Shown: positions 1 through 13,044 of the stretch, in pieces
Position numbering within the stretch: position 1 is the first letter of the stretch
How the letters are laid out: each line of letters starts with the position of its first letter
Translations under genes and position numbers: made by a program
The notes under the pieces: model-generated
The model's database searches: none
What the model saw: only the letters and a program-made list of their open reading frames with translations
Told to the model about the DNA's origin: nothing
NCBI RefSeq assembly: GCF_006345805.1
Contig: NC_043001.1
Span: 52,762,001-52,826,000, forward strand
Length of the DNA: 64,000 nucleotides
DNA from: Octopus sinensis
Taxonomy: Eukaryota
Direction of reading: 5' to 3'

Positions 1-930
1 CCGAACGAATAAATGTTTTTAAGGCAGCCCGAATCCTCCAGACATCAACAACGACCATTGAAGTCCATCGGATAACTGTTCAAGACACTGCAATCTGCTA
101 ACAAAAGGATATCAAATAGATGCCCTACGTAATTATAGTTTATTATATTTATCTTACTGAACGCGTATATGATTTTTTGTAAATTTATTGAAATTGTCTG
201 TTTAGTGCCTGCTTTCTTTTGCGTTTTGTGTTGTTCATAAATACTCGGCGTAGATTACATTCAGAGTTCTTCCCTCTGGCGTTCATTATCAGAATTGATA
301 GTTACAATAATATACTATCATCTATTTCAAGAATGAATAAGATTAATTACATTATGCGAGATCTTGATTTAATATATGCCATGCACTCGGAATCCCTAGA
401 TTTTTCGGGTGTCATAAAAATAAAAGGAAATTATAAATAGCATGTCAATATTTCTTATACAGATTTAAGTAGAAGGTAACTGCAAGTAAGTGAAAAGTTT
501 TTCAGTTATTGGATACTACTATGCCCTTTAAATTTTATACCCAAATGCACGTGGGTGTATGTATATATGCACATTACAATATTATCTTTCAGAATGCAAT
601 GGTAAAATATGACGCAGATATTTGTCTTTTCTACCTCCGCGTGGTATTTAAATATCTTTTAAATAAAATTTATGCTCGTACAACTAACGACACGACGGAG
701 TTTTAATTTCATGTATCATAACTTGTAAAAACATCTACTTGCTATGTGAAAAATGTAAAGGTCAAAGTGGTATACTGCGAAAGTGCACTTAAGTTTAGTG
801 TATAGGCGTCCTTTCCACTTCTTGATATAGTTTATGCAATTAAGAGAAATATACTGAAATCTATGTCGTTTACGTTTTTGCAAATACGAGGTTCGACTGA
901 AAGGTTCATAGGTTAACCAAGATATTTTCA

Positions 931-1920
931 CAGAGTGTGATCAACTTAAGTTTGTTTTGCAATATAGCCCCCCTTGCGATCCACAAACTTCTTCTATCAA
1001 TGTTGCAGTGCTTGGATCCCATTGGTGAAAAATTTTACTTCCTGTTGATAAAAAAAGTTACCACCAGCAGATATAATGACACCATTACTGTGATATTAGT
1101 TCCAAGCCAAGTAATTCTGATGTGGAACAGATGATAGGGAGACGGAGCCAAATCAGGTGAATAAGAGGTTGATCAACCAGTTGAAAACCACTGTCACATA
1201 TACAGGCATTGAAACCAAGGATTTGTGTGTTAGAGCTTGAGAGGTTTTCGTAACTCCCTCAGCAAGTTGCCGTAGTATGCTCCATTGATGGTGCGACACT
1301 TTTGAATGTACTCAATAAAGACAATTATTTCTGCATCCTAAAAGACTTAGGCCATCACCTTCCCTACATATGAAACGACCTTGACCGTCGTTGGAGCAGG
1401 TGAGGAGTAGTGTTTTTCCTGCGTAGATTGTCTCTTTGTCCCTGGGGCGCAAAGTGATGCATTCAACACTCATCCTGGGCCATGGACCGTTCCAAAAGGA
1501 ATCTAATTCGAACAATGTCAGATCTTGTCGTGATATGATCAGCTTGGATCGTTTCGGATCAGGTGCCAGAATATGTGGCACACACTGATCAGGAACCTTC
1601 ATCATATCAATTTCGTTGTGCAGAATATTCTGAACTCTCTCACAGGATATTTTATAGCATAAGCTATTTGATTTTATAGTCAATAGCTTGTCATCCATCA
1701 CTATGAGGTGAACTCGAGCAGTGAGCTTTCCTCGGCGGTGGTAGTTGTATTTGGGTTATCTTCACTGGATTCGGCACAATGGAAAATCGATTTCCATAAA
1801 TCTAAACTCGATTTAATGACACCAGCATTCGTACAAAACTGTTTCTTAAAGTGTGATTCTTTTTCTTGTTGTAGTCACCAATATCTCGTTAAAGAAATGG
1901 AATTTAAGTTGCACCTGGAA
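931..1920 (-). mobile_element. Decayed mariner (DD34D-type) DNA transposon
   Basis: Minus-strand translation gives YSPDLAPSPYHLF (~1125-1163), the mariner YSPDLAPxDY motif, and IVFIEYIQKCRTINGAYYGNLLRELRK. ORF 1312-1701 holds a frameshifted WVPR/DET-like region. Imperfect terminal inverted repeats: gtgatcaacttaagtt (~935-950) vs aatttaagttgcac (~1899-1912). Many stops and frameshifts. Confidence 0.85.
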
Positions 1921-1922
1921 AT

Positions 1923-1967
1923 ATATCAGGATATGTTATATCAGGATATGTTATATCAGGATATGTT
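1923..1967. repeat. Perfect 15-bp tandem repeat x3 (ATATCAGGATATGTT)
   Basis: Read directly; produces DMLYQ x3 in ORF 1708-1980. Confidence 0.95.
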
Positions 1968-2789
1968 AACACCATTATAATTGCATGATTTTGTTTTAGA
2001 ACATATGTAGTCAAAATAGAAAATAAAATTAAGAATTGCCACACCTCTTCAAGTCTTAATTGATGTTCCAATGCACCTCATATTACAACCTGAAAAAATA
2101 TTTCTTTTCTCAACAGCTCACAATCATAAAGTTATTCAAATTATTCTTGTTATAAATTAGAAGTACATGATTTATTTTTTTCTGTAGATTTAACTATATC
2201 GTTTATCAATGTATTTCTATAACCACATGCCTACATGAAATATGCTCCTGAAGAAAAAGACTTGTCTACAGAATAAGTAATGAAAATTATGCTGCATTTA
2301 CTTTCTTTTGAATAACAGGTAGGATAACCTGAGCAATTACGCTCATTATTTCCCTTTAGCTCATTATTTGTTTCTTTCAAAGGGCTAATATGCACACGTA
2401 AACTTATCATGCACATTTTTGGGAGAATATAAATAAATTATACCTAGCTAGAAAATTTATCCTAAGAATAGATATTGTCTTCTTAGTGTATGCAAGTTGT
2501 CAATTGGTGCTAAAGAGAATTTTTATCATTTCACTCCATGAAAAACAGTATTACCTCAATATATATATATATTACGATTTCCGTTGCATAATCAGTTTCG
2601 GGTAGGTAATATTATTAATGTAGGTATGTATGAAGAAGCATTTGATTTAATAATACAGTAAGCAAGAACTTATTGTTGTTTAAGACCATTATATAACATT
2701 TGAAAGAATGTAAACATAAAGGTTATTGGAGTCAAAAACAGTAGGCAAGATTGCTCAGTGTCAGCAGAAATTACTGTTTGTTGGGTGTA

Positions 2790-2890
2790 TGTGTTCCCCA
2801 GCTGGACGGGACGCCAGTCCAGGAATCGAAACCACAATCCTACGATCATGATGCTGACACGCTAACCACTAAGGCACATGCCTCCACTAT
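2790..2890 (-). mobile_element. tRNA-derived SINE fragment
   Basis: Reverse complement has A/B-box-like head (gtggaggcatgtgccttagtggttagcg...ggtttcgattcctgg). Confidence 0.6.
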
Positions 2891-3499
2891 ACGATATATA
2901 TTAATGGTATAATAAAATTATAATAATATACTACAAATAAGATTCATAGAATGAAACATTTCTGTACTTAACTTAGTATATCATGAGTAATCTTGGTATG
3001 GCAAATATTAGACAAGCATGGAGCTTGATGGCAACGGGGAAGTTGCTGGGCGTATATCACTTGTTTTAGATACCCACAGTATCTATCAGCGTACTAGATT
3101 GGTGCGGAATTTAAGATTAATTAGATACTCATACAAAACGCTTGCTCTTCTACACACATGAATACATATCAGTTTCATGACATGAAGTGAACATTGAAAT
3201 CCACGAAGAAATTGAATTGTGAGAAAGGTTAGAGATAAATGTCCTCATTCTAGAAACAACGTGACGTAGTCGAAGATGGATAATTTGTAGAGCAATAGAA
3301 ACAGGTGTCCCTCAAAAGAATGGTAAAAAATTCTCTTCGACTTAGTGAATTAATTAATCCACATCGCATCGGCTATTACATACATTTGGAAGGAAAACAA
3401 TTAATTCACTGAGTCGAAGCTGTAAACTCCATTAAGTATTTAGATTTAGGGCGAGATATACAGTGTAGCATATATAATAGACAGGAAACTCGACAGGAC

Positions 3500-3880
3500 A
3501 CTTGTGTCTCGGAGAAATTTAGGTTTTGAAGAAGGTGTATTTTTGAAATGTGGCACGTATGTTTTAACGTTTGAAATTCGGTCATGGTCCAGTGGAAGAA
3601 GGGAAATAATTCCCTAAACATTGATAAGAATTACGTAGATGAGAGAAAGTTGAATGTAGGTTCGAGGAAGAGAACTGTAAGCCAAATCTCTTGTTGGTAT
3701 GCAGCTAACAACTCTATCATCGAATATGACAGGATGTTCAGGTGGACAGTAGAATTCATCCGGCACTGGCTAGGGCGGGAATGCATCAGCCTCCTGTGCC
3801 TGAAATATTGTAAAATTGACACCAACAGAAACGTATTACCAACCTGCATGCTCTGTAAGCCAGTAAAAGTACGTGTGTGA
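3500..3880 (-). mobile_element. CR1/L2-like LINE 3' end remnant
   Basis: Minus-strand peptides LQYFRHRRLMHS... and RELFPFFHWTMTEFQTLK resemble the C-terminal tail of CR1/L2/Jockey ORF2; heavily decayed. Confidence 0.45.
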
Positions 3881-6800
3881 CATTTTGAGTAAATGCATCT
3901 CCCAAATTTGGAGCCTGACTCAAATTAAGTAGATGTATATATTTTATTTCAACGGGTATAGTTGTTTGAAATTTTATCGCTTATTATTTAAATCATAATT
4001 TAAGATATACTACCAAAATATCATGTGATGTGAAGTATAGTGAACTGTATTTTACATTGACGAATATGATCATCCTTGTTCTAGCATATGCGATAGAGTC
4101 GTTTAAGTAGAAATTAGCTGTTAAATCTTTTGTGCAATTTAGTTAAAATATTTTAAAGATAGTTGAGTGGGAGTTAAGGCAGAGCATTTCCTAAACCAAT
4201 GTATCACCAAATGACAGCAGATTCTTCTTGTTGGTTGAAGGTCGAAACTAGTCAGTAACTCTTTTTGTACACCAGCTACAAAAGCAACGCAAATAATTGT
4301 TAGTTCATATTAAGAAATTATTCCACACTGAACGTCTGTATAGAGGATACTTTCGTGTGTCCGTTGTATCTGGAGCAACACCACGGAATAAAATACTGTA
4401 CATACAGTGGCAATCAGGAGCACTCTAATCAGGTTTATAACATTTAAACTTATCGCTAATGACATATTGATTATCTTTATATGAGCTAATTCTTGGTCAC
4501 CCAGAGGGAGAATTTCTCTCGATAAGCTGTGGTATTTAATCTTTCCATCAAAATAACAAGCAGGAAATGAGTTGTCTCGTTTATGACATAGAGAAGTGAA
4601 AGTTTATGGCTCTTTATCAAACGATGTGCCATATTTTACACCATACTCTCATCATAAGTATTTATCCTATTATCGATGTTCAGTACGTAACTTAAAAATA
4701 ACTTTTAAACATAGACCATTTATTATCAGATAAATTACCCTACAATGCCACATAATATAATTTTGTTTATGCATTTATACAACAAATATAAATATATAGG
4801 TTATGAAGGAGAGAGAGGGCGTACGTATATTTCCTGAAGAAAGCAAAAAATGTTGATTTAACAAGTTTATAAATCGAAATATAAATTATAAAGCAAGCAA
4901 AAAGATTTTGTGGTTTGCAAATTCATGAAATAAAGTATAAATATCTTTATTCTAATTATACAATTTGGTATGAAATGCAGTTGCCTTTTTTTAAAGTAAA
5001 ATACGTCTATTTTGATAAATGATTACTACTATTGAAAGTAGTAATGAAAAGAAATACGAAAGTTCAATTACGCTTTATATAAAACTATCTTAATATGATA
5101 TTATATTTCGAAGGTTCACGAGATTTTTCGTAGTTTCATGTAAGATAATCAGTAATTACACAAATGTGTTAACAAGATAATATTAAGATGAAACATACGT
5201 CTGAATATTATATTCTAAACGCATTTTGTTTATATAATATAACTAATTTTGATCGAAACAGACAGGTGGTAACAGCAATTTTGTTATTTAAATTAAATAT
5301 GAATGCAGCAAGTAGTGAGCATGATCATTACCAGGATCTTATCAATTTTTCAATATTTCTCTCCTCATCTGCAAAGAATAGGGTAAACCTAAATGTCGGG
5401 TTAAAAATGAGTAGAAATATAGAGGACACTTTTATATTTTTCTTGGTGAATAGATACTTGTGTAATAACTTAAATTGATGACTTCAGAAATAAGCGAGCA
5501 CTCGCAGCACGATGACCTAAAAGTAAACTTAGTCGTTAGTATAACTGATGCAGAATGCAACAAAATTTGATTAAAATTACAGCCTTATCTTATAGGAACA
5601 ATTTTTATTCAAACCACAGAAAAGACAATCCAAAACTTTTACATAAATAAGCAATAGTGATCAAGACTGCACTGGTGCGACGTTTTCACATTCAGAAATG
5701 ATTCGAATCCATTAGGAAATCCCCGTCAAAATAATAAAAAATAAAAAATAAAAGACACGACTTATTATTTTAGAAATAAAGGGAGAAGTAAAATATAGAG
5801 TTTCGTAAATTGATACATAAAAGAATTACAGGTATAAGAACTTAAAGAATTATAGGGAACACCCAACAATGAGAGTAGTATAGAAATTTAATGGTTAATT
5901 GTGTTTTAAAACTTGATGTACTAAGTCAAGACATTTTCATTAAAGAAATGTTTTGGAGAATAAGGGCAGCAAGTTGTTCCGACGGGTGAAAACATTCTGC
6001 AATAGTATTTATAGACAATTCTTATGGAGAAAACCTAAGGAAATTTCCGCAGATGTAAAAAAATGTATTTGTAATTTAATTGTCGTGTAAAGAAACAGAT
6101 ATCTTTGATTGCTGTTGCAGGTTATATAGCTCATTTTTAGACTGCCTCCTTCTTCAGCAGTTAAAGAAGCAAATGAATGCTAACATTTTTCTACCTTAAT
6201 TAGGCAGCAGCAATATATTTTCAATGTATATGTATCTACGTTTGTTTCCCTTTGTTATTTATATTCTTATATGTACGTTTTTAAGCGTACGTGATATGTA
6301 AAGCACACTTTTAAGAGATTTAGCGAGTTATGTGTCGGAAATTACATTTGAGGGAATGTCATATGTTTTCCTGCCATTCTTGACATAAACATTTGTCATT
6401 TGGTTACTGATATATAGCACTGTATAAATATGATATTATGCAGCTGCAAAAAAGGCATATTCTAATGGAACTCATTAAGATGAGAAAGGTAAATGTCAGT
6501 TTAGTAGTAAGATGTATACAAAGAGTCTAGAATCTCAGTGCATCTTAAAACTTTTAGAAATAATTCGAATCTAATAGAAAAGCAAAAAATTGAGAAATTT
6601 GGATATTGGTTAAACCATTTATCTTGTTCCTTGGTGAGCAGTTTTAAAATAAGAACATGATATTTTTGCCCCTGCTAAAGACCATATTACATTAACATTG
6701 TTCTCCCGTGTTTTAATATTTTTGTCCTTACCGCGTAAGATCGGAATTTCAATTAAATATAACATAGGCGATGTTGTTCTCACCTGCCTTGAATAGCTAT

Positions 6801-8029
6801 AAGAAATGAGTAGATGTTTTCCATTTCGCTCAGCATAAGATATGATTAATTGGCCACCATATTGAAGATGAAAGTGTCCTTAAAGCATTCTTAGTCGTGT
6901 TTGCAATAACACGGCTCTATGTTGTGTTTTAAACATTTCATATGTATTGACTTTTAAACAATGTCCTGATTTGTCCAATGTGTTGCAGATTTCTATAATC
7001 CATAATATTATTTGCAATAACTCTGTACATCTCATAAAAATATTCTTATTTCATGAAACGGAAATACTTCTTGACATTTACAGTGTGTCAGTCACATGCA
7101 ATGTAATGCATGATGTGCATTTGAAATTTTAGCTATCTTCCATGTTATGCATAAGTTTCAGTTAGCAATATCAAGATCATATACTTCCATATCTTGCATA
7201 TGCCAAAAACTGGATATTCTTATATAGTAAAACCAAAGTTCGGCATGATAACATTCTGTCACACATATAAATCTGTGAGTTCTCAACGCAAAACATAAGA
7301 CGGTAGTTGTAATGGATATATTAGTACCATTTTCCTATTGTTCTATAAGGATTCACCATCATTGCAACACTTTTGTTTATTAAATGCAAATAAATATAAA
7401 TAGGAACATTATGAAGAATAACTCTAAACAGATAACTTTGAATATGCCAATGTTCATTATGTAGTATATCCACTAAATAAATATTACACACATCGGATAT
7501 TGTGTACTCAAAGATCAACATTTTATGAACAGCCATATGATCAAAATATTTCCAACACTTTTACTTCTTTATCTAGGATGACATTATCCCTTGTGTGTTT
7601 CCTGTTTGAAACCTTAGGCGTTTTGCGTGTATCTTGGCTGTTGTTCTTAGCATGTTCAAAAGCCCGCTTTTATCTCCCTCGCTGACAAGCTAGTAGTTCA
7701 AATGCATCTGACTGCGATGCTGTCACATTTCATAAGTTTAGAATATTAAATGCATGGCGTGAAAAACATTTCTGCTTTTTACATGTTTCAGTCGGATTCG
7801 ATATTAATGATTTTATTTCATTATATATCTCAGTTCGCTCCGAGATTTATTTATTTCTCGGAAACATGTTTTGGTTTGAAAAATATATTTGTTAAATATT
7901 GGTTCCAACGTGTTTAATGCATTAAAAACGAAGGTTAGTTTAATAAAACGGTTTGCTAACAATAATTAGGGATAAAAACAAACAATAGTATTATGTGACT
8001 TCCAAATATACCAGTCTTCTAAAAATAGT

Positions 8030-8190
8030 GGTGAAAGAGTACAGCAGCGTTCGCCACAACCCCTGCCGGAGACTCATGGTGCTTCAGGTGTTTTCGTTTA
8101 ATAAACAATCATAACGCCGGCCTGAGAATCGAAACCGTGATCCTACGACCGCTTGTCCGCTGTCCTAACCATAAGGCCATTGCACCACCA
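8030..8190 (-). mobile_element. tRNA-derived SINE (family C here), partial
   Basis: Homologous to 36005-36320 (ccacaacccctgccggag...aataaac...gaaaccgtgatcct...cctaacca..ggccattgc). Confidence 0.8.
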
Positions 8191-8269
8191 CACACACATG
8201 CATACATACATACACATACACACACACACGCACATATATATAAATATATATACATATATATATACAACA

Positions 8270-8385
8270 ACAATTGCAGTGTGGCAGGTATTTTTAAATG
8301 GCTTATAAACACCTTCCACGCTGCAATTGATTTCGTTTCAGCATACGATCTGAGATCAGGTCACTTGCTATGCAAGTACATAGCC
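8270..8385. repeat. Internally deleted copy of the 19860-20183 foldback family
   Basis: ccttccacgctgcaattg...cgatctgagatcaggtcacttgctatgcaagta is the reverse complement of 19858-19940. Confidence 0.75.
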
Positions 8386-8390
8386 CTCCG

Positions 8391-8480
<90 letters not shown>

Positions 8481-8506
8481 CATACAAACACACACACACA
8501 CTCACA

Positions 8507-9545
8507 CAGGTGTTGGACAAAATATGAAGCAAATTGATTTTAATGAGGTAGGACCGCCTTTTGTAGTAATTACAGCTTCAATTCTACGAGTTAGGGACTC
8601 GTACAAAGTCTTAGTTGTTTCCAAAGGAAGTTTTGTCCATTCTTCAGCTAAAACAGTCTCCAGTTCTTGTAGTGATGACGGTGGAGGATATCGATTCCTT
8701 ACTTGTTTTTCTAAAATGCACCATAAATGTTCAATAATATTGAGATCTAGGGACTGTGGTGGCCAGATAAGATGTTCAGCTTCACTAGAATGTTCCTCGT
8801 GTCATTCAGTAACAAGCTTAGCTGTATGAATTGGTACGTTATCATCCTGGATGATTGCGTTTCCTTCCGGAAACAGTTCCGCAACTATTGGATGAATTTG
8901 ATCAGATTAAATGCTTAAATAGTCTTCACTCTTAATGCCATGAATGGAAAGCTCTAGTGACCAATTCTGTATGTTTCTACTCCACTCTAAATGCTTTGCA
9001 ACGTTTGTTTTGAAAGTAGTATTTTCCGATTGCAGCCCTCCCGTGAAATCCGGCTTTGTGCAGCTCCCGGTGAACAGTTTTTGTGGAAACTGGGTTCTCG
9101 AGGTGGTCATTAAGATCTGCAGTCATTTTGGGAGCTGTACTTTGTGATGCTTTCGAACAATTCGCGTAAGAATCCGACTGTCTCTATATGAAAATTTTGG
9201 TTTTCTTCCGGGATTTTTGTTTCGGTGAGGAGGGTTTTCCGACTTTCTCAAAGATTGTCGTTATTGTTGAGGCAGTACTTCATAATACACCAAACATTTC
9301 GGCTGATTTCGTTACGCTAGCGTCTGCCATACGACCACCAACAATTTGACCGCTTTGATCTGTCATTTTAATGTATTTTAATTACATTTTGCTGATGGTA
9401 TCTGAAAAAAACAGTAATTTTAGCAAAACTTTAAGCAACACTAATAATAAATCAAAAAACATAAAGTAGCTTTTGATGGTTTTATCGATATTTCAAATTA
9501 AGATGCTATGATGCTAGGTGTTTCCATTAGTTTGTCAAGCCCCTG
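8507..9545 (-). mobile_element. Tc1-family DNA transposon with both TIRs, internally deleted
   Basis: TIRs CAGGTGTTGGACAAAATATG (8507) and cattagtttgtcaagcccctg|ta (to 9545). Minus strand encodes QDDNVPIHTAK, WPPQSLDLNIIEHLW and RRIEAVITTKGGPT, plus a paired-domain-like N-terminus (GQIVGGRMADASVTK). The region around the first catalytic Asp is missing. Confidence 0.9.
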
Positions 9546-10004
9546 TATATATTCACGTACACTTGTATACTTATATGCATGTAAGTAATATGCATATATA
9601 TTTTATTGGAAATATTTGCTCAGAAAATGTTACAAAATTCCTTACTAATTTGGATGACAGGAAAGTTCTCAAGCGTAGTTTGCAACAGACACCTTGGTTT
9701 CTTTTCTGATTATAAATATATTTCTTGGAAGGCAATTCTTCTTCATACGCCATATTATAAAATAAATTAGTAATAAGTTTTCTTTCTCAGTTAAAATATT
9801 GGATAGGTACCTGATAATATGTGTGAATTTCTCATTTAATGGAGCTGTACAAAACGTGTCAGACGCTGATGAATCTTTCATTTCAAAAACTAAAAAATTA
9901 ATAATAGTTCTCTTTCGCATGTGTCACCTCAAATAGTTGACAGCCGATAAAATTTTTGTTTTGTAAAAATATTTAGAATTCAGTGTTATTTATATTATCA
10001 CATA

Positions 10005-10385
10005 ATGTGTCCTTCACGACACAACAATGGTCTATAATAACTGTTATAATTTAACTATAGATAGTGTATGACATTTCTGATAACGAACGAATGTATTTCT
10101 GTGATCGTCGAAGAGTAATCAAGCTATCGGAGGAACATGCCAAAATCGGATGCCAAATAAACTTTCTTAAACACTGCCAAAAAAACAACATAATTCCCAA
10201 CACCATCACCAACGTACATCTATCCACGTGCTTCTGCAGCCTTACCCTTCGACGATCATTGAAATATATACATACGTTCGTCATCAGAAAAATCATAAAC
10301 TATCTATAATTAAATTATAACAGTCATTATAGTCTATTGTTATTATTATAGTGTATTGTTGTGCCATTCAAGACACATTATATTT
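10005..10385. repeat. Inverted-repeat element with a Penelope-like N-terminal coding fragment in the spacer
   Basis: Arms ~10010-10128 and ~10245-10385 are reverse complements (ataatgtgtc...ctataataactgttataattt...gatcgtcgaag). Spacer reads KLSEEHAKIGCQINFLKHCQKNNIIP, like the PLE N-terminal FL..C...IIP motif. Confidence 0.75.
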
Positions 10386-10976
10386 TATAAACAATGCACA
10401 ATTCTCCAAGCGAACTGCAATACTTTCCTCTTTATATTAGTTCCTTTGCGGATAATTCAAAAGATAGCTTACTCTCTAATATTATGAAAGGACAACAGTC
10501 TGATATTCTCATAAAAAATATTATTGAACTATATAAATAAACCAGATATAATGATAAAGGAAGGGGAATAGAAAATGTACATAGTGGTGGAACTCAACTT
10601 TTTAGCGAATGCAAACACTTTTTTAAAAGAGTACTCAATAATCGTCGACGCTGCATCTCATAATGCATTAAACAGGGTGTTTTAATAAAACCTAACCACT
10701 CCTAAAGAAATGCGCAATGATACACAGATAACCACGCCGACGACACATATATGCACATGGGTGTGCTTTTGTGACTACATTGATAGGCGCTTATATATAT
10801 ATTAAAGATAGCTTATTCGCAATTTACAACTTAAACGCAGAAATATAGATGCAATTGAATTAGCTAAGGGTACTAGTTAGAACCAGCATTGGTATCAAAA
10901 TGAGTAAAAATAACTCTTAGTCACGAGAAAGCATTGACTGACAAGAGTGGGAAGCTCCCCACAGCATCCAAGACAT

Positions 10977-11024
10977 GGCCATATTACCAGTGATTTCGCA
11001 ATTAATTACTGCTCGACAGTGGAT
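10977..11024 (-). ncRNA. Degenerate hammerhead ribozyme copy
   Basis: Same layout as 11253-11300 but core CTGTCGA (A6 changed), a C-A mismatch in stem III and a mismatch in stem I; triplet AUA. Confidence 0.55.
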
Positions 11025-11245
11025 CTCACCCGGCTGCCTAGGGTGAAGGTAACTCGCCTTGTTGCTGGTGCTAACTAGAACCCTTACTCACTTTAGTGAT
11101 GTCTATACTTTTGCCTTTAGTTTGTAATTTGCGAATAAGGCCCCTGATTTATAATATTCACTTGTACCAATTATGTAATCAGCACACGATTTCTACGGTA
11201 GCTCTTATAAACTGACATGGCGAGCTAGCTTAACAATAGACAGCC

Positions 11246-11306
11246 GGATGAGAGCCACTGACGAGCATTAAACAGATGCGAAATCACTGGTGATCTGGCT
11301 ATGTCC
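11246..11306 (+). ncRNA. Type I hammerhead ribozyme, core intact
   Basis: Stem I AGCCA(11253-57)/TGGCT(11296-300); core CTGACGA (11258-64); stem II GCAT/ATGC with 7-nt loop; GAAA (11280-83); stem III ATCA/TGAT with CTGG loop; cleavage triplet AUC (11293-95); distal stem I GGA/TCC beyond an internal loop. Confidence 0.8.
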
Positions 11307-11469
11307 CGAATGTTGAGCGGAGCTTGCCTCTCTCGTCAGTCGTTAGATAAGATCTTTCTCGCGGCTAAGAGTTGTTTTGACCCTTTTTCTAGCAATGCTA
11401 GTGCTAACTATTTCCCGTAGTAATTTTACTAACATGTCTCTCTCCCCCCCTTTCTTTCTCTTCTCTCTA

Positions 11470-11607
<138 letters not shown>

Positions 11608-11609
11608 CA

Positions 11610-12300
11610 TTAAATGGAGTTATTTTTAATCATTGCGTCTGCAGGCATTACTTCAATTAAAGCAATGATTCTGAAAAAAAGACAAATGAGATTTGGACAT
11701 TTTGTGCAATTGGTGGATGAACGCACAAACAACTGTTATTGGGCGAGATTGCAGAGAGGAATTGCTATCAGTGTAAACCTAAAAAGAAGTTTAAGAACGG
11801 CATATGGACTACCATGAAGTCACTTGGAATGGATCCAGAGGACATAGAAACCCTTGCTTCGGATCGAGCTGGGTCGTGTACAAAAGTGTGGCGTGGAATG
11901 AAAGCCAGGCTAACGCATGCAAGTCACAACAGAGATTTAAAGAAGTATGTTACGATGGAGAAGGTGAAACGCAATGACCTTTTTGTGCGCACAGTTTGCG
12001 ACACTCCATGCCTACCTTTTGTTGGGCTCAAATCTCATTTGCGAACCTATAAGAAACGGCCCTCCGCCATTCTGCCTATATGTCTGTGCACACCTTTCAA
12101 TGCCATGTATGCCAAAATGTCTGCAAATCTAACGGTGACCTCAAAAGACATTTTAAGGTCCACAAAGATCAGAACTTAACTTCTGCTCTTGGTAGTCCAC
12201 ATCGCATATGCATTCTATATGGATGTCTTTTGTGGTTTAAAAAGTCTTATCAGACGCCATGATGAACTTAAGCTGTAGGTGCAGGCGATGGTCAGACTCA
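11610..12300 (+). mobile_element. RTE-clade LINE 3' remnant
   Basis: RQMRFGHFVQLVDER, GEIAERNCYQCKPKKKFK...LASDR..W and C-terminal C2H2-like segments (CHVCQNVCKSNGDLKRHFKVH), typical of the RTE/BovB ORF2 C-terminus. Confidence 0.75.
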
Positions 12301-13044
12301 ACATAAGGAGTAGACAACCACCATACACACAAATATACACACACATATATTATTTAAATATTAATATTCTTCTCTCGTTAGTTGGATATCGTCATTAACA
12401 CTGCTGCAACAGTTATGAGTTTTTTAGTTACAGCTTTTTCAGTTGTTCACTGTAATTGTAACTAATCTATGTAATCCTTATCCAAATTACTACCTTCATA
12501 TGAAGAATAACAATATACTTTTTTATGAGTACCTGGTAGACATACGTAAATATATCTTCAGACGTAATATATATTTAGCAGAAACGTCTCGCATTTCTCG
12601 CATGCAAAGGAAAATTCATGATAAAATACAATTAAGCACTGCATTTGTAACTCGTTCATTGTTCTGAAGAATGTTATTGGATAGTACACAGATAGAAAGA
12701 AATTAAGCCACTATGTATCGTTCACATATACAGTAATTATATCATTTTTTTAGTTACATGATGTAAATATTTGCGAAATATAATTACTGTCAACAGTAAT
12801 CTTTTGTTTATTAGATTTCTCGAAATGATAGAAAACTATGTTTAAATATATAAAAGAATAAGCTCAACAAAGTAGAAACGTAATAATTTATTTATAAAGT
12901 TATATCTGAAGGCAAATAAACTGTACAGAAGATAATTTTCAATTAGTCTCAGTAGAAATATTACTCTTTAAAAAACGCAATTGAACGAGCGATTATTAAG
13001 AAATTATTATGTTATCCTCAGGATCATCATCATCATCATTATTA

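Larger units (their letters stand above)
10930..11345. repeat. Inverted repeat pair (~135-bp arms, ~140-bp spacer), each arm carrying a hammerhead motif
   Basis: Reverse complement of 10935-11035 (ggcagccgggtgagatccactgtcgagcag...gcgaaatcactggtaatatggccatgtc) aligns with 11240-11342 (gacagccggatgagagccactgacgagcat...gcgaaatcactggtgatctggctatgtc). Confidence 0.85.

Noticed and set aside
4310-4470. Short hydrophobic, signal-peptide-like minus-strand ORF (~51 aa)
   Set aside because: Short, no splice or homology support; hydrophobic frames are common in AT-rich DNA.
7520-7680. Minus peptide RKHTRDNVILDKEVKVLEIF as a pogo/Tigger HTH remnant
   Set aside because: Similarity is too short and no DDE region or TIRs were seen nearby.
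10240-10290. CTGATGACGA...TCGTCGAAG in both arms of the 10005 element as a hammerhead
   Set aside because: The helix uses the G8/A9 core bases, GAAA is GAAG, and no stem I or NUH partner was found.
11300-11342. Antisense CTGACGAGAG...CTC motif next to the main hammerhead
   Set aside because: No GAAA or cleavage-site helix.
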